64,000 bases of DNA from Candidatus Woesearchaeota archaeon (GCA_030750765.1 JASMHM010000002.1:21772-85771); one strand, 5' to 3'. Shown: positions 39,285 to 50,010, counted from the first letter of the stretch. The notes: generated by a model not told the origin, from the sequence alone. Numbers and translations are program-made.

Positions 39285-39336
39285 GATAGAAGGTGGTAAC
39301 TAACCAAAGAAAAAAATTTCGTGCGTGTTGTACGTG

Positions 39337-40539
39337 TTATCGACGGAAGCTTCCAAATCGTGGACGATCTGTTCTGCGTCGTTGTGGCATTCTTCCTCGG
39401 CCGCCAGGTTTTTCTGCGAACGGGTTGAAGGCTACCTTGTTGAACTTTGGTAGTTCTCCACGAACGATCTTCAACGTCGCGTCTTGTAAGACATTATTGA
39501 AATTGTCATAATCTCTCTCACTTAACAACGTGATAGCATCTCCCTTTTCCCCTGCTCTAGCAGTACGTCCTATCCTGTGGATGTACTCTTCAGAGGTTGG
39601 CGGAACATCATAGTTGTAGACGTGCGTCACGTCTTTGATGTCCAGTCCTCTTGCTGCAACGTCTGTTGCTACAAGAACATCGATCTTTGCGTCATGCAAA
39701 CTTTTGAGTGCGTGTTCTCTTTTGCTTTGTGTCATGCCACCATGGATGCCCATGGCTTTCAACTTGTTGTTTTGCAAGTTCTTAGCAACTAGAGAAACCT
39801 CTCTGCGTGTTGCGCAGAAGACTAATGCTAAACCGTCTGTCTTTTCCTTCAAGAAGTGGGAAAGAGCTGAGAACTTTTCTCGTCTATCAACAACATAGTA
39901 CGCTTGCTTTAGTTGCGTGTGGTCTACCTTGTCTTCTCCCTTGATGGTGGTTGGGTCTCGTAAGTGCTTTTCTGCAAGTTTGTAGATGTGTTGTCCTACG
40001 GTTGCAGAGAACAGTAACGTCTGTCTTTCGCTGGAGACTTCACTGATGATTCTTTCTACATCTTCAATGAATCCCATCTCAAACATGCGATCTGCTTCGT
40101 CTAGGATTAGGTATTTTACAGTTGCTAGGTTGAGTGTGCCTCGTTCGATATGATCGAGCACTCTTCCTGGTGTTCCTACTAAGATTTCTGATGTTTCGAT
40201 ACCGTGCACTTGTGGTTCATACCCCACTCCTCCGTACACTTGTACGACTTTCACGCCTACAGCCTTTCCAAAGTCTTGGAAAACCTCAGCCACTTGAGAA
40301 CAGAGTTCTCTGGTAGGTGTTAATACTAATACTTGTAGTTGTCCTGGTTGTATTCTGTTTAAAACGGGTAGTGAGAAGGCTGCAGTCTTTCCGCTGCCTG
40401 TTTTGCTCTTTCCTACGACGTCTTTGCCTTCTAGGATTAAGGGCATGCACTTCTCTTGGATCATGGTCCACTCTGTGTATCCTGCTTTTTTGACTGCCTG
40501 CTGTAAAGCTGGCTTTAGTTGTATGCTATCTATGTTCAA
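39337..40539 (-). CDS. DEAD-box RNA helicase
   Basis: TGSGKT, PTREL, DEAD, SAT, HRIGRTAR; TTG start at 40539 behind a GAGGAGGT SD. Confidence 0.95.
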   Translation of the reverse strand: MNIDSIQLKPALQQAVKKAGYTEWTMIQEKCMPLILEGKDVVGKSKTGSGKTAAFSLPVLNRIQPGQLQVLVLTPTRELCSQVAEVFQDFGKAVGVKVVQVYGGVGYEPQVHGIETSEILVGTPGRVLDHIERGTLNLATVKYLILDEADRMFEMGFIEDVERIISEVSSERQTLLFSATVGQHIYKLAEKHLRDPTTIKGEDKVDHTQLKQAYYVVDRREKFSALSHFLKEKTDGLALVFCATRREVSLVAKNLQNNKLKAMGIHGGMTQSKREHALKSLHDAKIDVLVATDVAARGLDIKDVTHVYNYDVPPTSEEYIHRIGRTARAGEKGDAITLLSERDYDNFNNVLQDATLKIVRGELPKFNKVAFNPFAEKPGGRGRMPQRRRTDRPRFGSFRR

Positions 40540-40742
40540 TTTAACCTCCTCGGTCAAAAGAATTCGTATTTCCGACCATCTTTATGGTTGGTTAATCCTC
40601 CTAACCTTCTCTCTACCTGTAAGTAGCAGTTTAGCCTTTATAAACCTTGCTATTGATTAAGGAGGGTGTTCCCCCTCGAGAGTTAGAAAACCCAAACGTT
40701 TAAGAAGGGGATCTGAATCAACACCAAAAACGCGAGTAGAGC

Positions 40743-42278
40743 ATGGTAAAAAGAGCTAAGAAAAAGGTAGTAAAGAAAAGGCGAATTTCTAAGCCTAGGG
40801 CTCAAGCGTTTGCAGCTGAAATTTTTGACACAGATCGATCAAGCTCCACCGAAAAATATTGGGCCAAGAGCGCGTGGGATGGACTCTCCCCAGGTGGCGA
40901 GGCTGCTGCGCACGCATTTGGTGAACGATACAGAAAAAGTCTAGCAAACAAGCATACAAGAATGCGTGTAGACTTTATTTGTAAAAAGCTTGAAAGACAT
41001 GGATATTTACGCGTGGGAAGTCTTGAGGACTCCCTAGGCGATCAATGGGATCCGGTTGGAGGAAAGCAAAAATTCTTTGGTGTCAAGGACGAGCAGATGG
41101 TGTATGCCATCCATCTAGGAAGTAGGCCCGGTGAGCACGGCATGCACGTAGCTGGAGCACACATAGATTCTCCTGCATTGATCGCGACAGAACATCCGCT
41201 CCGACAGAATTTCAATCAGGCATTCATGCAATCCATGGTTTATGGAGGCGTGAACCCTGCAGATTTTACGAACATACCTCTGTGCATGTATTTGGTTGGC
41301 GCAATGAGGGACAAGGACAATCTCGAAGCTGATCGTGCAATCCTTCTGGGCGGACGTGCAGGAGGGTCTTCGTTTATTGCACCCACACAATCACTCCATT
41401 TTGACGCGGAGAGCCCAGACATAAGCGAACTTTACGTGTTGCTTGGTAACAAACCCTATCCTTCATTGGATGTCGATGTCAGGAAGAGAATACTCCTCCA
41501 AAGCATTGCCAGCCTTCGAGAGCGAACAGGAATGCAACTCACCGAACAATCATTTGAGGATTTGGACGTGTGGTTCTTCCCTGCTGCACCAGCAAATTAC
41601 GCAGATCTGTCAAAGAGTGTGATTACTGCCTATGGTCAAGATAACTGGGCAAGCGCGTATGCACTGCTCGAAGGTTTAATTGATACTAAGAACCCTTCCT
41701 ACACCAACGTGGCTGTTTGGTACGCTGGTGAAGAGATTGATGATTCAGGCCCAGGAAGTATCAGCAACAATTTCCTCGCGGACGTGGTAACCCCTGCCAT
41801 CACCTATATTTTGAAGGAAGATCTTGCCAGTCACTATGCCGGCCTCATAAACGGCTGGACAATGTTCCTTGATGGCATTGGTCCTGCAAGCCAAAATACG
41901 AAAGGCCACCAAGATATGCACAATGCTGCGTACATGGGTTCAGGCCCAGTCCTTCTCAAACATGGTGGTTCAGAAGGACTCTACGGAGGATACTCGTCTC
42001 ATCCTGCTCATAGAAAGGCTATTAGAGATTTGCTCCGCGACTCAAACGTACCTCACCAGGTAGCCATGATGGGCTCGCAAGACAACAGAATTCCCAACGC
42101 TTCGAGCACGTTTCACACTTCGCTAGGAGCATGGGGTGTGGATTTAGGACCTATAGTGTCATGTATGCACAAAGGAATGGAGGAATCATCTGTTGTTGAT
42201 GTCCACCTCACCGCGCAAGCAGTCAAAGCCTTCTATGGTGTAAAGGATCACTCAGACTACCACATTGGACGTGAGTAA
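40743..42278 (+). CDS. M18-family aminopeptidase-like protein (divergent)
   Basis: GAHIDSP, YGG, AYGQDN, EEI, D, MH metal-ligand pattern. Confidence 0.75.
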   Translation: MVKRAKKKVVKKRRISKPRAQAFAAEIFDTDRSSSTEKYWAKSAWDGLSPGGEAAAHAFGERYRKSLANKHTRMRVDFICKKLERHGYLRVGSLEDSLGDQWDPVGGKQKFFGVKDEQMVYAIHLGSRPGEHGMHVAGAHIDSPALIATEHPLRQNFNQAFMQSMVYGGVNPADFTNIPLCMYLVGAMRDKDNLEADRAILLGGRAGGSSFIAPTQSLHFDAESPDISELYVLLGNKPYPSLDVDVRKRILLQSIASLRERTGMQLTEQSFEDLDVWFFPAAPANYADLSKSVITAYGQDNWASAYALLEGLIDTKNPSYTNVAVWYAGEEIDDSGPGSISNNFLADVVTPAITYILKEDLASHYAGLINGWTMFLDGIGPASQNTKGHQDMHNAAYMGSGPVLLKHGGSEGLYGGYSSHPAHRKAIRDLLRDSNVPHQVAMMGSQDNRIPNASSTFHTSLGAWGVDLGPIVSCMHKGMEESSVVDVHLTAQAVKAFYGVKDHSDYHIGRE

Positions 42279-42701
42279 TCACTGCGAGGCTTTTCTTTCG
42301 CGATAACACTCTAAAACTTTCGCACTAGCTGAGAACAAGTTTTTTGGTGGCATATCGACGGGGAACCATGCCCACTCGGTGATTTCATCAGGTTCTTTGA
42401 CAACGGCTTCACCAGAGAAATCTTCTGCTACCAGACCTATAGTTACGAAATGAGCGTCGTGCACGACATCATTGTTCACGCAGATCACTGAAGCCGAGGT
42501 GAGTTTAATGCCTGTCTCTTCTAGAACCTCTCTCTTAGCTCCTTCTTCAAACGATTCCCTGAAGTGCAACTTACCACCAGGCATGGTCCAGGTTCCCTCA
42601 CCATGGAGTGCGCTACTTGCCTTTGATGGGTCTTCATGACGTTTTCCCAGAAGCATCTTGCCATCTTTAAGCAACAACACTCCAAACCCAACCCCTATCA
42701 T
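42279..42701 (-). CDS. NUDIX hydrolase (MTH2/NUDT15-like)
   Basis: PGGKLHFRESFEEGAKREVLEETG, HFVTI, EPDEITEWAWF. Confidence 0.9.
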   Translation of the reverse strand: MIGVGFGVLLLKDGKMLLGKRHEDPSKASSALHGEGTWTMPGGKLHFRESFEEGAKREVLEETGIKLTSASVICVNNDVVHDAHFVTIGLVAEDFSGEAVVKEPDEITEWAWFPVDMPPKNLFSASAKVLECYRERKASQ

Positions 42702-42749
42702 ACGCTTACCACCACTGCATTATTTATATGAGTTTGTCAAAATAAGTGT

Positions 42750-43163
42750 ATGCGATGGCTATTACTGTTTTTGTTGGTCGGCTGTGGAACGTTTCCGCAT
42801 ATTGATTTTGAGACGAAAGATTCTACGTTAGAGATAGAAGTAGAGTTAGCTATTACGTCTATGGAGCAAACGAAAGGATTGATGTTCCGAGACGGCTTAG
42901 CACCCGACAAGGGAATGCTGTTTGTTTTTGATCATGAAGAAACGCGTGCGTTCTGGATGAAGAATGTGAAGTTTCCTATTGACATTATTTTTATGAATGC
43001 CAACTGGGAAGTCGTCGACATCCAACAAGCAGAACCTTGTGTGGAAGAACCGTGTGAGCATTATGTGAGCAAGCATCCCACCGCCTACGTCTTAGAGGTG
43101 AACGAAGGCTTTGCAAACAAGCACGGCATACTAGAAGGACACTTCGGAAAATTCCACCCCTAG
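42750..43163 (+). CDS. DUF192 family lipoprotein
   Basis: LVGC lipobox; GLMFR, GMLFVF, FWMKN, YVLEVNEG. Confidence 0.9.
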   Translation: MRWLLLFLLVGCGTFPHIDFETKDSTLEIEVELAITSMEQTKGLMFRDGLAPDKGMLFVFDHEETRAFWMKNVKFPIDIIFMNANWEVVDIQQAEPCVEEPCEHYVSKHPTAYVLEVNEGFANKHGILEGHFGKFHP

Positions 43164-43220
43164 AGTACGTACTAAATCGTTTAATACGGCCATCTTAGCT
43201 TGAAGTTCGAGGTGAATATA

Positions 43221-43409
43221 ATGCAAGGATGCGAAAAATGCATGAAAATGTGTGGCACCATGGTTCTTGTTCTAGGTATACTATTCTTACTTAGAGATTT
43301 GAACATATGGCACTTCTGGAATATCCAGTGGTGGACTGCCATGTTTTTAGTAATGGGCTTAGGCAAACTAGGTTCACAAAACTGCAAAGCATGCAAAACC
43401 AAGAAGTAA
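43221..43409 (+). CDS. Small two-TM protein with CxxC at both termini
   Basis: GAGGTGA SD; MQGCEKC...NCKACKTKK. Confidence 0.75.
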   Translation: MQGCEKCMKMCGTMVLVLGILFLLRDLNIWHFWNIQWWTAMFLVMGLGKLGSQNCKACKTKK

Positions 43410-43466
43410 GGTACTACCTTACTTTTCTTGGTCCATGTTTATAAATACACGACAAGATAACAATCT

Positions 43467-44363
43467 ATGCGTGTTTTGGTTACTGGAGGGACTGGCTTCA
43501 TAGGAAGCAATCTCGTCCAAGAACTCATAAAACAAGGACACGAAGTTCTCATTACAGGGCATGATGCCGAACAGACTATTCCTGACTTCTCTGGGACTAT
43601 CTTACAACCCTCTCTTGTGGGTATTGACTTTGAAAGACTAGGGCAGATTGACGTTTGTTTCCACCAAGCAGCCATCAATGACACTACATTAATGGATAGG
43701 GATGAAATGTTCCGAGCCAACGTTACCAGCAGCATACAATTATTCAAGAAGTTGATAGAAAACGGTTGCAAAAGAATTGTTTACGCTTCCTCAACAGCAG
43801 CATACGGTGATGCCGCCGTACCCTTCAAAGAAGATGGGGAGATGCGGCCCATGAATCCTTATGGGGAAAGTAAAAAACGCCTAGAAGAGGAAGCGATGAT
43901 CCTAGCAGCACAGAATCCTGGCGTAGTGTTTGTCGGCTTACGATATTGTAATATTTACGGACCTGGAGAAAACCATAAAGGTCCAAGAGCGAGCATGATC
44001 TACCAGCTAGCACAACAGATGAAAGAAAACAATCCAAAGTTGTTTAAGATGGGCGAACAAAAACGCGAATGGGTATATGTGAAGGATGTTGTCAAAGCAA
44101 ACCTGTTAGCATCCAAAGCAAGAAGGAACAGCATTGTCAACGTGGCAACCGGCACAGCTACAACCTTTAACAAGATCGTGGAAGTACTAAATAACGCCAT
44201 GGGAACCTCACGAACCATAGAGTACATAGATAACCCTCACGAAGCGTACCAAAACCACACAGAATGTGACATGAGTCATGCCAAAGACATGATTGGTTTT
44301 GAGGCAGATTACGACGTGGAAGCAGGCATTAAAGACTATTTTGAGAGCGGCAAACTCTGTTAA
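43467..44363 (+). CDS. NAD-dependent epimerase/dehydratase (HldD/RfaD-like extended SDR)
   Basis: TGGTGFIG, YASS, YGESK, LRYCNIYGPGE.HKG..ASMI. Confidence 0.88.
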   Translation: MRVLVTGGTGFIGSNLVQELIKQGHEVLITGHDAEQTIPDFSGTILQPSLVGIDFERLGQIDVCFHQAAINDTTLMDRDEMFRANVTSSIQLFKKLIENGCKRIVYASSTAAYGDAAVPFKEDGEMRPMNPYGESKKRLEEEAMILAAQNPGVVFVGLRYCNIYGPGENHKGPRASMIYQLAQQMKENNPKLFKMGEQKREWVYVKDVVKANLLASKARRNSIVNVATGTATTFNKIVEVLNNAMGTSRTIEYIDNPHEAYQNHTECDMSHAKDMIGFEADYDVEAGIKDYFESGKLC

Positions 44364-44366
44364 CGT

Positions 44367-45185
44367 TTATTCTGAATCAGGAGAGTCCAAAGGATGTGCT
44401 GGTCGTGCAAAGCGAACGTACATCTCAGAAAACGTGTCGTCCCGTATTTCTCCTGAAAAACCCGTGCTGGGCTGTATGAAGCGGAAGTTTCTCTCACCCC
44501 TTACCAAAGCGTTAGGTCCTTTCAAATTTTTGAAGGTGGGAACGGTCCTATTTGGCTCCAAAGATCCCTCAGTCAAACAACTCACCTCTCTTGCATAGAA
44601 AAGCCCGCAGGGTTTGTCGGTCACCACGGCGTGGGTGCGCGTGAAGCCCTGTGCGTGCTGGATAGCGTCCATGCATGCCTGAAAAGCACTGCGCTGTTTC
44701 GGTATGTCGCGGAGTGCCCGGACATGCTCTAAGGTTTTTGGTGTATAGATTCCTTCTTGAAAACCTTCAAATTTTGTCAGGGGAGGTGCAGAGACGTCTA
44801 TGGCTTCTATACTGCATCGAACGGCAATAGACCAGTCGTTATGTCCTGCTTTGCCTGCGAGTATCTCTCTTCCTGGCCAAAACAACGCGTAGTTTGGGGT
44901 GGTAGGAAGAAGGCCTATCTCTTCGTCTAGATCTCCCACGCATCCATACTTTTCGCGAAGCTCGTCACGCATTGCATCATCTTGTTCTGGATTAGTTGGC
45001 CAGTTGTCAACAACGGCCATGCCTGCTTGGTGTAACCAGTGGTGTGTTGCCGCTTGCCACATGTTCTCACAAAACACATTCGCGCCATATATTGGATCGA
45101 CTAGTTGTTCTTTTAGCTCTTTACGTGTGGCAGCAGAATACAATCGATCATCAACTTCTGTTGGCTGCGCAACTTTGATGGACAT
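44367..45185 (-). CDS. Hypothetical protein
   Basis: 272-aa ORF from MSIKVAQ. Confidence 0.6.
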   Translation of the reverse strand: MSIKVAQPTEVDDRLYSAATRKELKEQLVDPIYGANVFCENMWQAATHHWLHQAGMAVVDNWPTNPEQDDAMRDELREKYGCVGDLDEEIGLLPTTPNYALFWPGREILAGKAGHNDWSIAVRCSIEAIDVSAPPLTKFEGFQEGIYTPKTLEHVRALRDIPKQRSAFQACMDAIQHAQGFTRTHAVVTDKPCGLFYAREVSCLTEGSLEPNRTVPTFKNLKGPNALVRGERNFRFIQPSTGFSGEIRDDTFSEMYVRFARPAHPLDSPDSE

Positions 45186-45310
45186 ATCTGACCTTTGTGT
45201 TGTTAGTGTATAAAGATTGGGATTGGCTGCTTTTGAGCCAAAAGAAAGGCAACCACTATCTAGTAACAATCTAGGTGAAGGTTTATAAGGATGCTCCGCC
45301 TCCCTTTGTC

Positions 45311-45676
45311 ATGTTTAAGGATCGGGATTTGAGAAAGTTATGCGAGGATTCTTTTGAAAATGTCAAGCGTGACATGGAAAACCTCAAAGTAAAGCACACC
45401 GATCAGCAGAAAGAAATCGACCAGCTTAAAGAGAAATTATTGAACCTTTATGGCATTCTAACGGATGTGCAAGCACAAAATGCAGATCCTGTCGCTACAC
45501 CAGAACCTAAACAAGAAAGAAAATCTAAAGATTTTGTGGTTAGCATGAAGTCAGGCAAAGTCCATCAGAGAGAATGCTTCTTTGCAAGAAAGATCGATCC
45601 TAGACACAGACTACTCTTCGACGCCAAAATTGATGCCGTAAATGAAGGCTACGCCGTCTGTAACGCGTGCGCGTGA
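45311..45676 (+). CDS. Coiled-coil protein with C-terminal Ada-like metal-binding domain
   Basis: KVHQRECFFARKI...F....A...GYAVCNAC. Confidence 0.7.
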   Translation: MFKDRDLRKLCEDSFENVKRDMENLKVKHTDQQKEIDQLKEKLLNLYGILTDVQAQNADPVATPEPKQERKSKDFVVSMKSGKVHQRECFFARKIDPRHRLLFDAKIDAVNEGYAVCNACA

Positions 45677-47299
45677 GTCCATCTTTTCGTTGACCTCTTC
45701 TAAAGAATAACCTCCCCAGCATGAATAATAATTATAGTTAGACCATGATGCGCAATTGCTAACACCTAACCGTTCATACTTTCTTTGCAATCGCTTGCAC
45801 CATTCTTCACGAGCCGCGTCACCGATACACAGTTTGCTAGCCAGAGCGTTGGCGTACCGGGGCCGCTTTTCAGCAATCTTATGGAGGATGGTGTACTTGT
45901 CATGGTCTTCACGTAGATCTGGAATGCCATGCATCCCTCTACCTATGTTACGATACATGGCGGTAGCGATGATAGCATAGACGTCCTCATCCTTGAGGTC
46001 TAGTTCAGGAAGCAAATGTTTTTTGGCCACTCGTTGTGCGATCGGCAGAGCCTCCAGGATGGCTTCTACATGTTTTCTATCAAAACGTTTTTCCCATTCT
46101 TCAATGATGCCGTCAAGCATGACCTCACAGAACTCGTTCTTCAATCGTAGAAGCCATGCTAAGCTGTCAAGAGGAACATACTGTTCTATCCAGCGATTGA
46201 CTTGAATAAAGCGGGGTACGATGATGTTGCGCATGCGGTCAGCAGCGAGCAACAACTCGCCTGCATACGCGGCTTCCTTTGCAAAGCCTTGCTGTTCTGC
46301 GTATCTTTCTGCTTCCGCCCATCGATAGTCTTCCATGAGCAAGCCAAGGTAATGTTTTTGCTGTCGCACCCGGTTTGCCATCTCTTCTGGTGACATCTTC
46401 ATTCCTGGTTTGTAAGTGTACTCTCCATGTAATCTGTTCAGGTACTGTCGTGTGACTGCATTTCTTTGGACTGACGAGATAGTTCTTGGATGCGCACTAA
46501 CTTTTTTGTGCAGCATGGCTGCCCTGAACCAGTTCTTTCCCTTTTTTAGGTTGTCAAACGCTCGACCAAAGTCTTTCATCTCCATGTTAATTCTTCCTAT
46601 GCTCGCCCAGTACTTGCAGTCTGCGTGAAGGTGCTCTGCGTGATCATAGAACTTTTTCCATTCAGCAAAGCCGTCATGTTTTGCTCTTCGTGCTAGGCCA
46701 ATAAATATATCAGCTATGCGATGGGGCGCTCGGTATCCCCAAGATCGTGTGCCCTCGTCCATGGCGCGCAGCTCTTCAAGATAAAAGCCTGCGCCAACAT
46801 TGGACATGGCGATACTTTTGGCAGCAGGCCACTCAACTTCCATAAATTTGTTGGCTGCTTTCAGGGCTAGATCAAACTCATGGCTCCACTGGGCAGCAAT
46901 AGCTGCCTCAATCCAGTCTTCTTCAACAAACTTCTTGTCCACCAAATCTTCGTAGATGGGTGCAGAATCCATGCCGTTGTTTTGGAAGGCACGCCCGAGA
47001 TAGTGGTGGTGGCGGTCAACGTTTTCCAACAACTCCTCTAGCGTCCAATCCCCAACATAATAGTGCAAGAATTTTCCTTTGCCGCTATCATTGCCTGGAG
47101 GGATGCAATCGTATATGTTTGCTGCGATAGCGTAGTTCCCAAGACCTTCTGCCACGCGACCTAGCTGACTGATGCTCTTTTCTTTTAAGCGTTGAAAAAA
47201 AGGGTGCTCCCTGTCAAACTCTTCATCCAGCAGCATGAGCTCCCTATAGCGAACCTTGGCAACATGGGTGATCTTACCCACCTTGTGCTCGGTGATCAC
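45611..47299 (-). CDS. Hypothetical alpha-helical repeat (TPR-like) protein
   Basis: Repeated A/W/Y-rich helical pairs; start uncertain. Confidence 0.6.
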   Translation of the reverse strand: MITEHKVGKITHVAKVRYRELMLLDEEFDREHPFFQRLKEKSISQLGRVAEGLGNYAIAANIYDCIPPGNDSGKGKFLHYYVGDWTLEELLENVDRHHHYLGRAFQNNGMDSAPIYEDLVDKKFVEEDWIEAAIAAQWSHEFDLALKAANKFMEVEWPAAKSIAMSNVGAGFYLEELRAMDEGTRSWGYRAPHRIADIFIGLARRAKHDGFAEWKKFYDHAEHLHADCKYWASIGRINMEMKDFGRAFDNLKKGKNWFRAAMLHKKVSAHPRTISSVQRNAVTRQYLNRLHGEYTYKPGMKMSPEEMANRVRQQKHYLGLLMEDYRWAEAERYAEQQGFAKEAAYAGELLLAADRMRNIIVPRFIQVNRWIEQYVPLDSLAWLLRLKNEFCEVMLDGIIEEWEKRFDRKHVEAILEALPIAQRVAKKHLLPELDLKDEDVYAIIATAMYRNIGRGMHGIPDLREDHDKYTILHKIAEKRPRYANALASKLCIGDAAREEWCKRLQRKYERLGVSNCASWSNYNYYSCWGGYSLEEVNEKMDSRARVTDGVAFIYGINFGVEE

Positions 47300-47386
47300 G
47301 CGTTCTTCTTTCCACTGGCTTGAGATAAGTGGTATGCTCGGTGGAAATTGGGCATGAGACGTACAAAAAATGTCGGGATTTAAACC

Positions 47387-47899
47387 TTAGCTCGTCCACG
47401 TGACTGCTTTATATTCTATCTCAACAGGTTTGCCTTCCTTCAGCAAGCTAACAATGCCGGCCCTGCCAGAGGGTGCAATCTTAACATGTACGGTGATGTC
47501 TCTGGTTGGAACATCCGCTTTGTGTTCGAAGAAGAACTGTTCTATGCCAAAGCGTAATCTGCCACCTTCCATCGTTCCTCGGATGAACATTCCTTCGGGT
47601 TTTGTTAACGTGGCTGTCGTGGCTCGAGAGATGCCTTCAGCATCTGCTTGTAGGCCAATGTAGACATGGTCTCCACTTACCAGACCTTCAGGCTTGTCAA
47701 CGGTAGCAATCTCATAATTAACGATCATGTACTGGCCTCGGAACGGATCAAACGGATCTACCGGTCTTGTTGCTAGAACAACATCTTGACCGTTAATCAA
47801 GGGCCAAGATAGGTAGGCCCACATTCCTAATAAGATTACAAGAAGTACGAGTAAACCTATTGCTAACCGCGTCCTCAGATTACGAGCGTTCGTCTCCAT
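47387..47899 (-). CDS. GDYXXLXY domain protein
   Basis: PVDPFDPFRGQYMIVNY, FGIEQFF; follows DUF2157. Confidence 0.88.
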   Translation of the reverse strand: METNARNLRTRLAIGLLVLLVILLGMWAYLSWPLINGQDVVLATRPVDPFDPFRGQYMIVNYEIATVDKPEGLVSGDHVYIGLQADAEGISRATTATLTKPEGMFIRGTMEGGRLRFGIEQFFFEHKADVPTRDITVHVKIAPSGRAGIVSLLKEGKPVEIEYKAVTWTS

Positions 47900-48990
47900 T
47901 TTTCAATAAAGATCCCACCAAGGATAAGAATGATGCCTCCGATGATGAATACCACGGACAATCCTAAGTATCCAGATAGGTTGATGACAAAGCCAACGTA
48001 TCGGGTAATAACGAATAACGCAAAGAAGGCAATGGCCAGGTTGATGATGCTGTTCTTGCCCTCAGCAGTTCCATACCCTACCGTGGCAAGGATGGTGCCG
48101 ATAAGCGTGATGTTGGCAAGTATCCATATCGCCCACATGCCTAAGCCCATCTCTCCGTAACTCATGAAGAAGTTTCCGTCTCGCACAAACCAGGCAAGGC
48201 TCAAGACGAGTGCTAAAACAACGATCACAGAAAGCACACCATGCATTTCTTTACTGTCAACCGTGTGTGCGGCAGCGAAAATGCCTGAGACAAGCGTGAT
48301 TAAGGCAGCAACACCGATGGCTACTAAGAAAATTACGGGTCCTGTAGACATCGCGGTCTCACTGTGCCACAAGAAGGGAAGTAAACTTTGGAAACTTAAG
48401 ATATACGCAAACAACAGGAAGTACAAAGCGCTCCAGAACTCGTAAACGCCTGAAAACGGATGGTCTCTCGAACGGTGCCAAAGACTTAATCCGTACCAGA
48501 GTACTCCTGCCAACAGAACGGTATACGCAAGGATGGCAGGGGTGAACATGTCACGCGCGTTCGATGCAAAAGCAACAAACTGGACACCCATCCACTGCAG
48601 TATTTGGATAAATGCTAAGATTAAACTTAACTTGCTCTCAAAGATGTACGCTGCGAGTAGCACGCCCAACCAGCACAGCAAGCCGAGCCACGCCACACCC
48701 TGAGGGGTGGTGCTTGTCGAAAATATTTGTGCTATCAAGAACACGCTAGACGTGTATAGTAATGAGCCTAGCAACAGCAAACTTGCCGCGCTGACAGAAT
48801 AATGATGGATTTTTAGCTCGATACCAGCCACGTACGCTGCAGCGGTGACCACGATAAGGATGATGATTTTGGCCACGGCAGGGATTTGGTGCCAGTTCTG
48901 TGCCACCAACCAGGCAACACCCAAACCGACAAGAATCACGCCGATGATTCCTACAACAGAACCAAACGATTGACCTTTCTTACCTATCAT
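47875..48990 (-). CDS. DUF2157 membrane protein
   Basis: VAQNWHQIP..K, FLIAQIF, many TM helices, C-terminal EKWRR. Confidence 0.85.
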   Translation of the reverse strand: MIGKKGQSFGSVVGIIGVILVGLGVAWLVAQNWHQIPAVAKIIILIVVTAAAYVAGIELKIHHYSVSAASLLLLGSLLYTSSVFLIAQIFSTSTTPQGVAWLGLLCWLGVLLAAYIFESKLSLILAFIQILQWMGVQFVAFASNARDMFTPAILAYTVLLAGVLWYGLSLWHRSRDHPFSGVYEFWSALYFLLFAYILSFQSLLPFLWHSETAMSTGPVIFLVAIGVAALITLVSGIFAAAHTVDSKEMHGVLSVIVVLALVLSLAWFVRDGNFFMSYGEMGLGMWAIWILANITLIGTILATVGYGTAEGKNSIINLAIAFFALFVITRYVGFVINLSGYLGLSVVFIIGGIILILGGIFIEKWRRTLVI

Positions 48991-49135
48991 AACGCGTACA
49001 ATTCCTTGCTCCTTTATAAGTGTTTACGCTCACGTTGATTTCCTGCGGGAGCATAGAAAGTTGCGTTTCGATTTCTACAAAAAAGCTTTGGTTGAGCCAA
49101 TCTTTATTAGTTGCTGGACAATACATGGTTCCAAG

Positions 49136-50002
49136 ATGCAGTTAGTAGTTGAAGTGGGATACGAAGGGACGATAACGTTTGAGGATGAAGACTTTCCTCG
49201 ATATCGTATTAGAACGCACCTGATGCAGCCAACGAAAAGCTTTGTAGACGTTTACGAAAGAGCCATATGTACGACAAGGTCTACGCCCGAGGACGGAAGA
49301 AATTGGAAGTTTGAGACGGAGTTTAATACTGCCATCTTCACGACGTATCTTGCTAACGCATGGATTGGCGGGCTCATTGTTGATAGTGGTGAAAATGTGG
49401 ATTTGGTACAAAGGGCTAAGTTATGTGATATTGATGATTCGCCAAGAGTAAGGGATGCTCTTCGTGCAGGCGTGGATACTGACGTCCAAGCACCGGTACC
49501 TATCATAAGTCCTGAGAGCACTTGTGACTATAACCTGTTTCTCAATGATCTCACAAACTCTAGGGAGAGCGCTATCGCTCGATCTTTGATTAATCGGCGC
49601 CCTCGTTTCTTGTACACCCAAGACAGAATCGTAACGAATTGTGAATACCAGGCATTTTTTGGTTCGGGAAGGACAAAACTTGTTCCTATTAAGATGGGGA
49701 GTGTTGCAGATCAACTTCGAGAAACCGCATATGCGATGGAGCACGGCTTTGAATTTCAATATGCATGGACGAATGCACTTGGAAAAATTGGCGAGATAAG
49801 AGATAATGAATCTGTGGGCAGGCAATTGGCAGAACTGCGCTCGCAATTTGACCAGGTAGCGGAAAGAGACACCAGAGAGTGGGCAGACGGAGCACACATA
49901 CAAACTGCAACGCCCGAGGATACAAGAAAAAAAGCAGCGTTATTGAGGGCTATGGCTCCCCTTTGCGAGAAGGTAACAATTTTCGACTCTTTGAGAGAAT
50001 AA
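49136..50002 (+). CDS. Hypothetical protein
   Basis: About 288-aa ORF. Confidence 0.6.
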   Translation: MQLVVEVGYEGTITFEDEDFPRYRIRTHLMQPTKSFVDVYERAICTTRSTPEDGRNWKFETEFNTAIFTTYLANAWIGGLIVDSGENVDLVQRAKLCDIDDSPRVRDALRAGVDTDVQAPVPIISPESTCDYNLFLNDLTNSRESAIARSLINRRPRFLYTQDRIVTNCEYQAFFGSGRTKLVPIKMGSVADQLRETAYAMEHGFEFQYAWTNALGKIGEIRDNESVGRQLAELRSQFDQVAERDTREWADGAHIQTATPEDTRKKAALLRAMAPLCEKVTIFDSLRE

Positions 50003-50010
50003 AGGATCAT

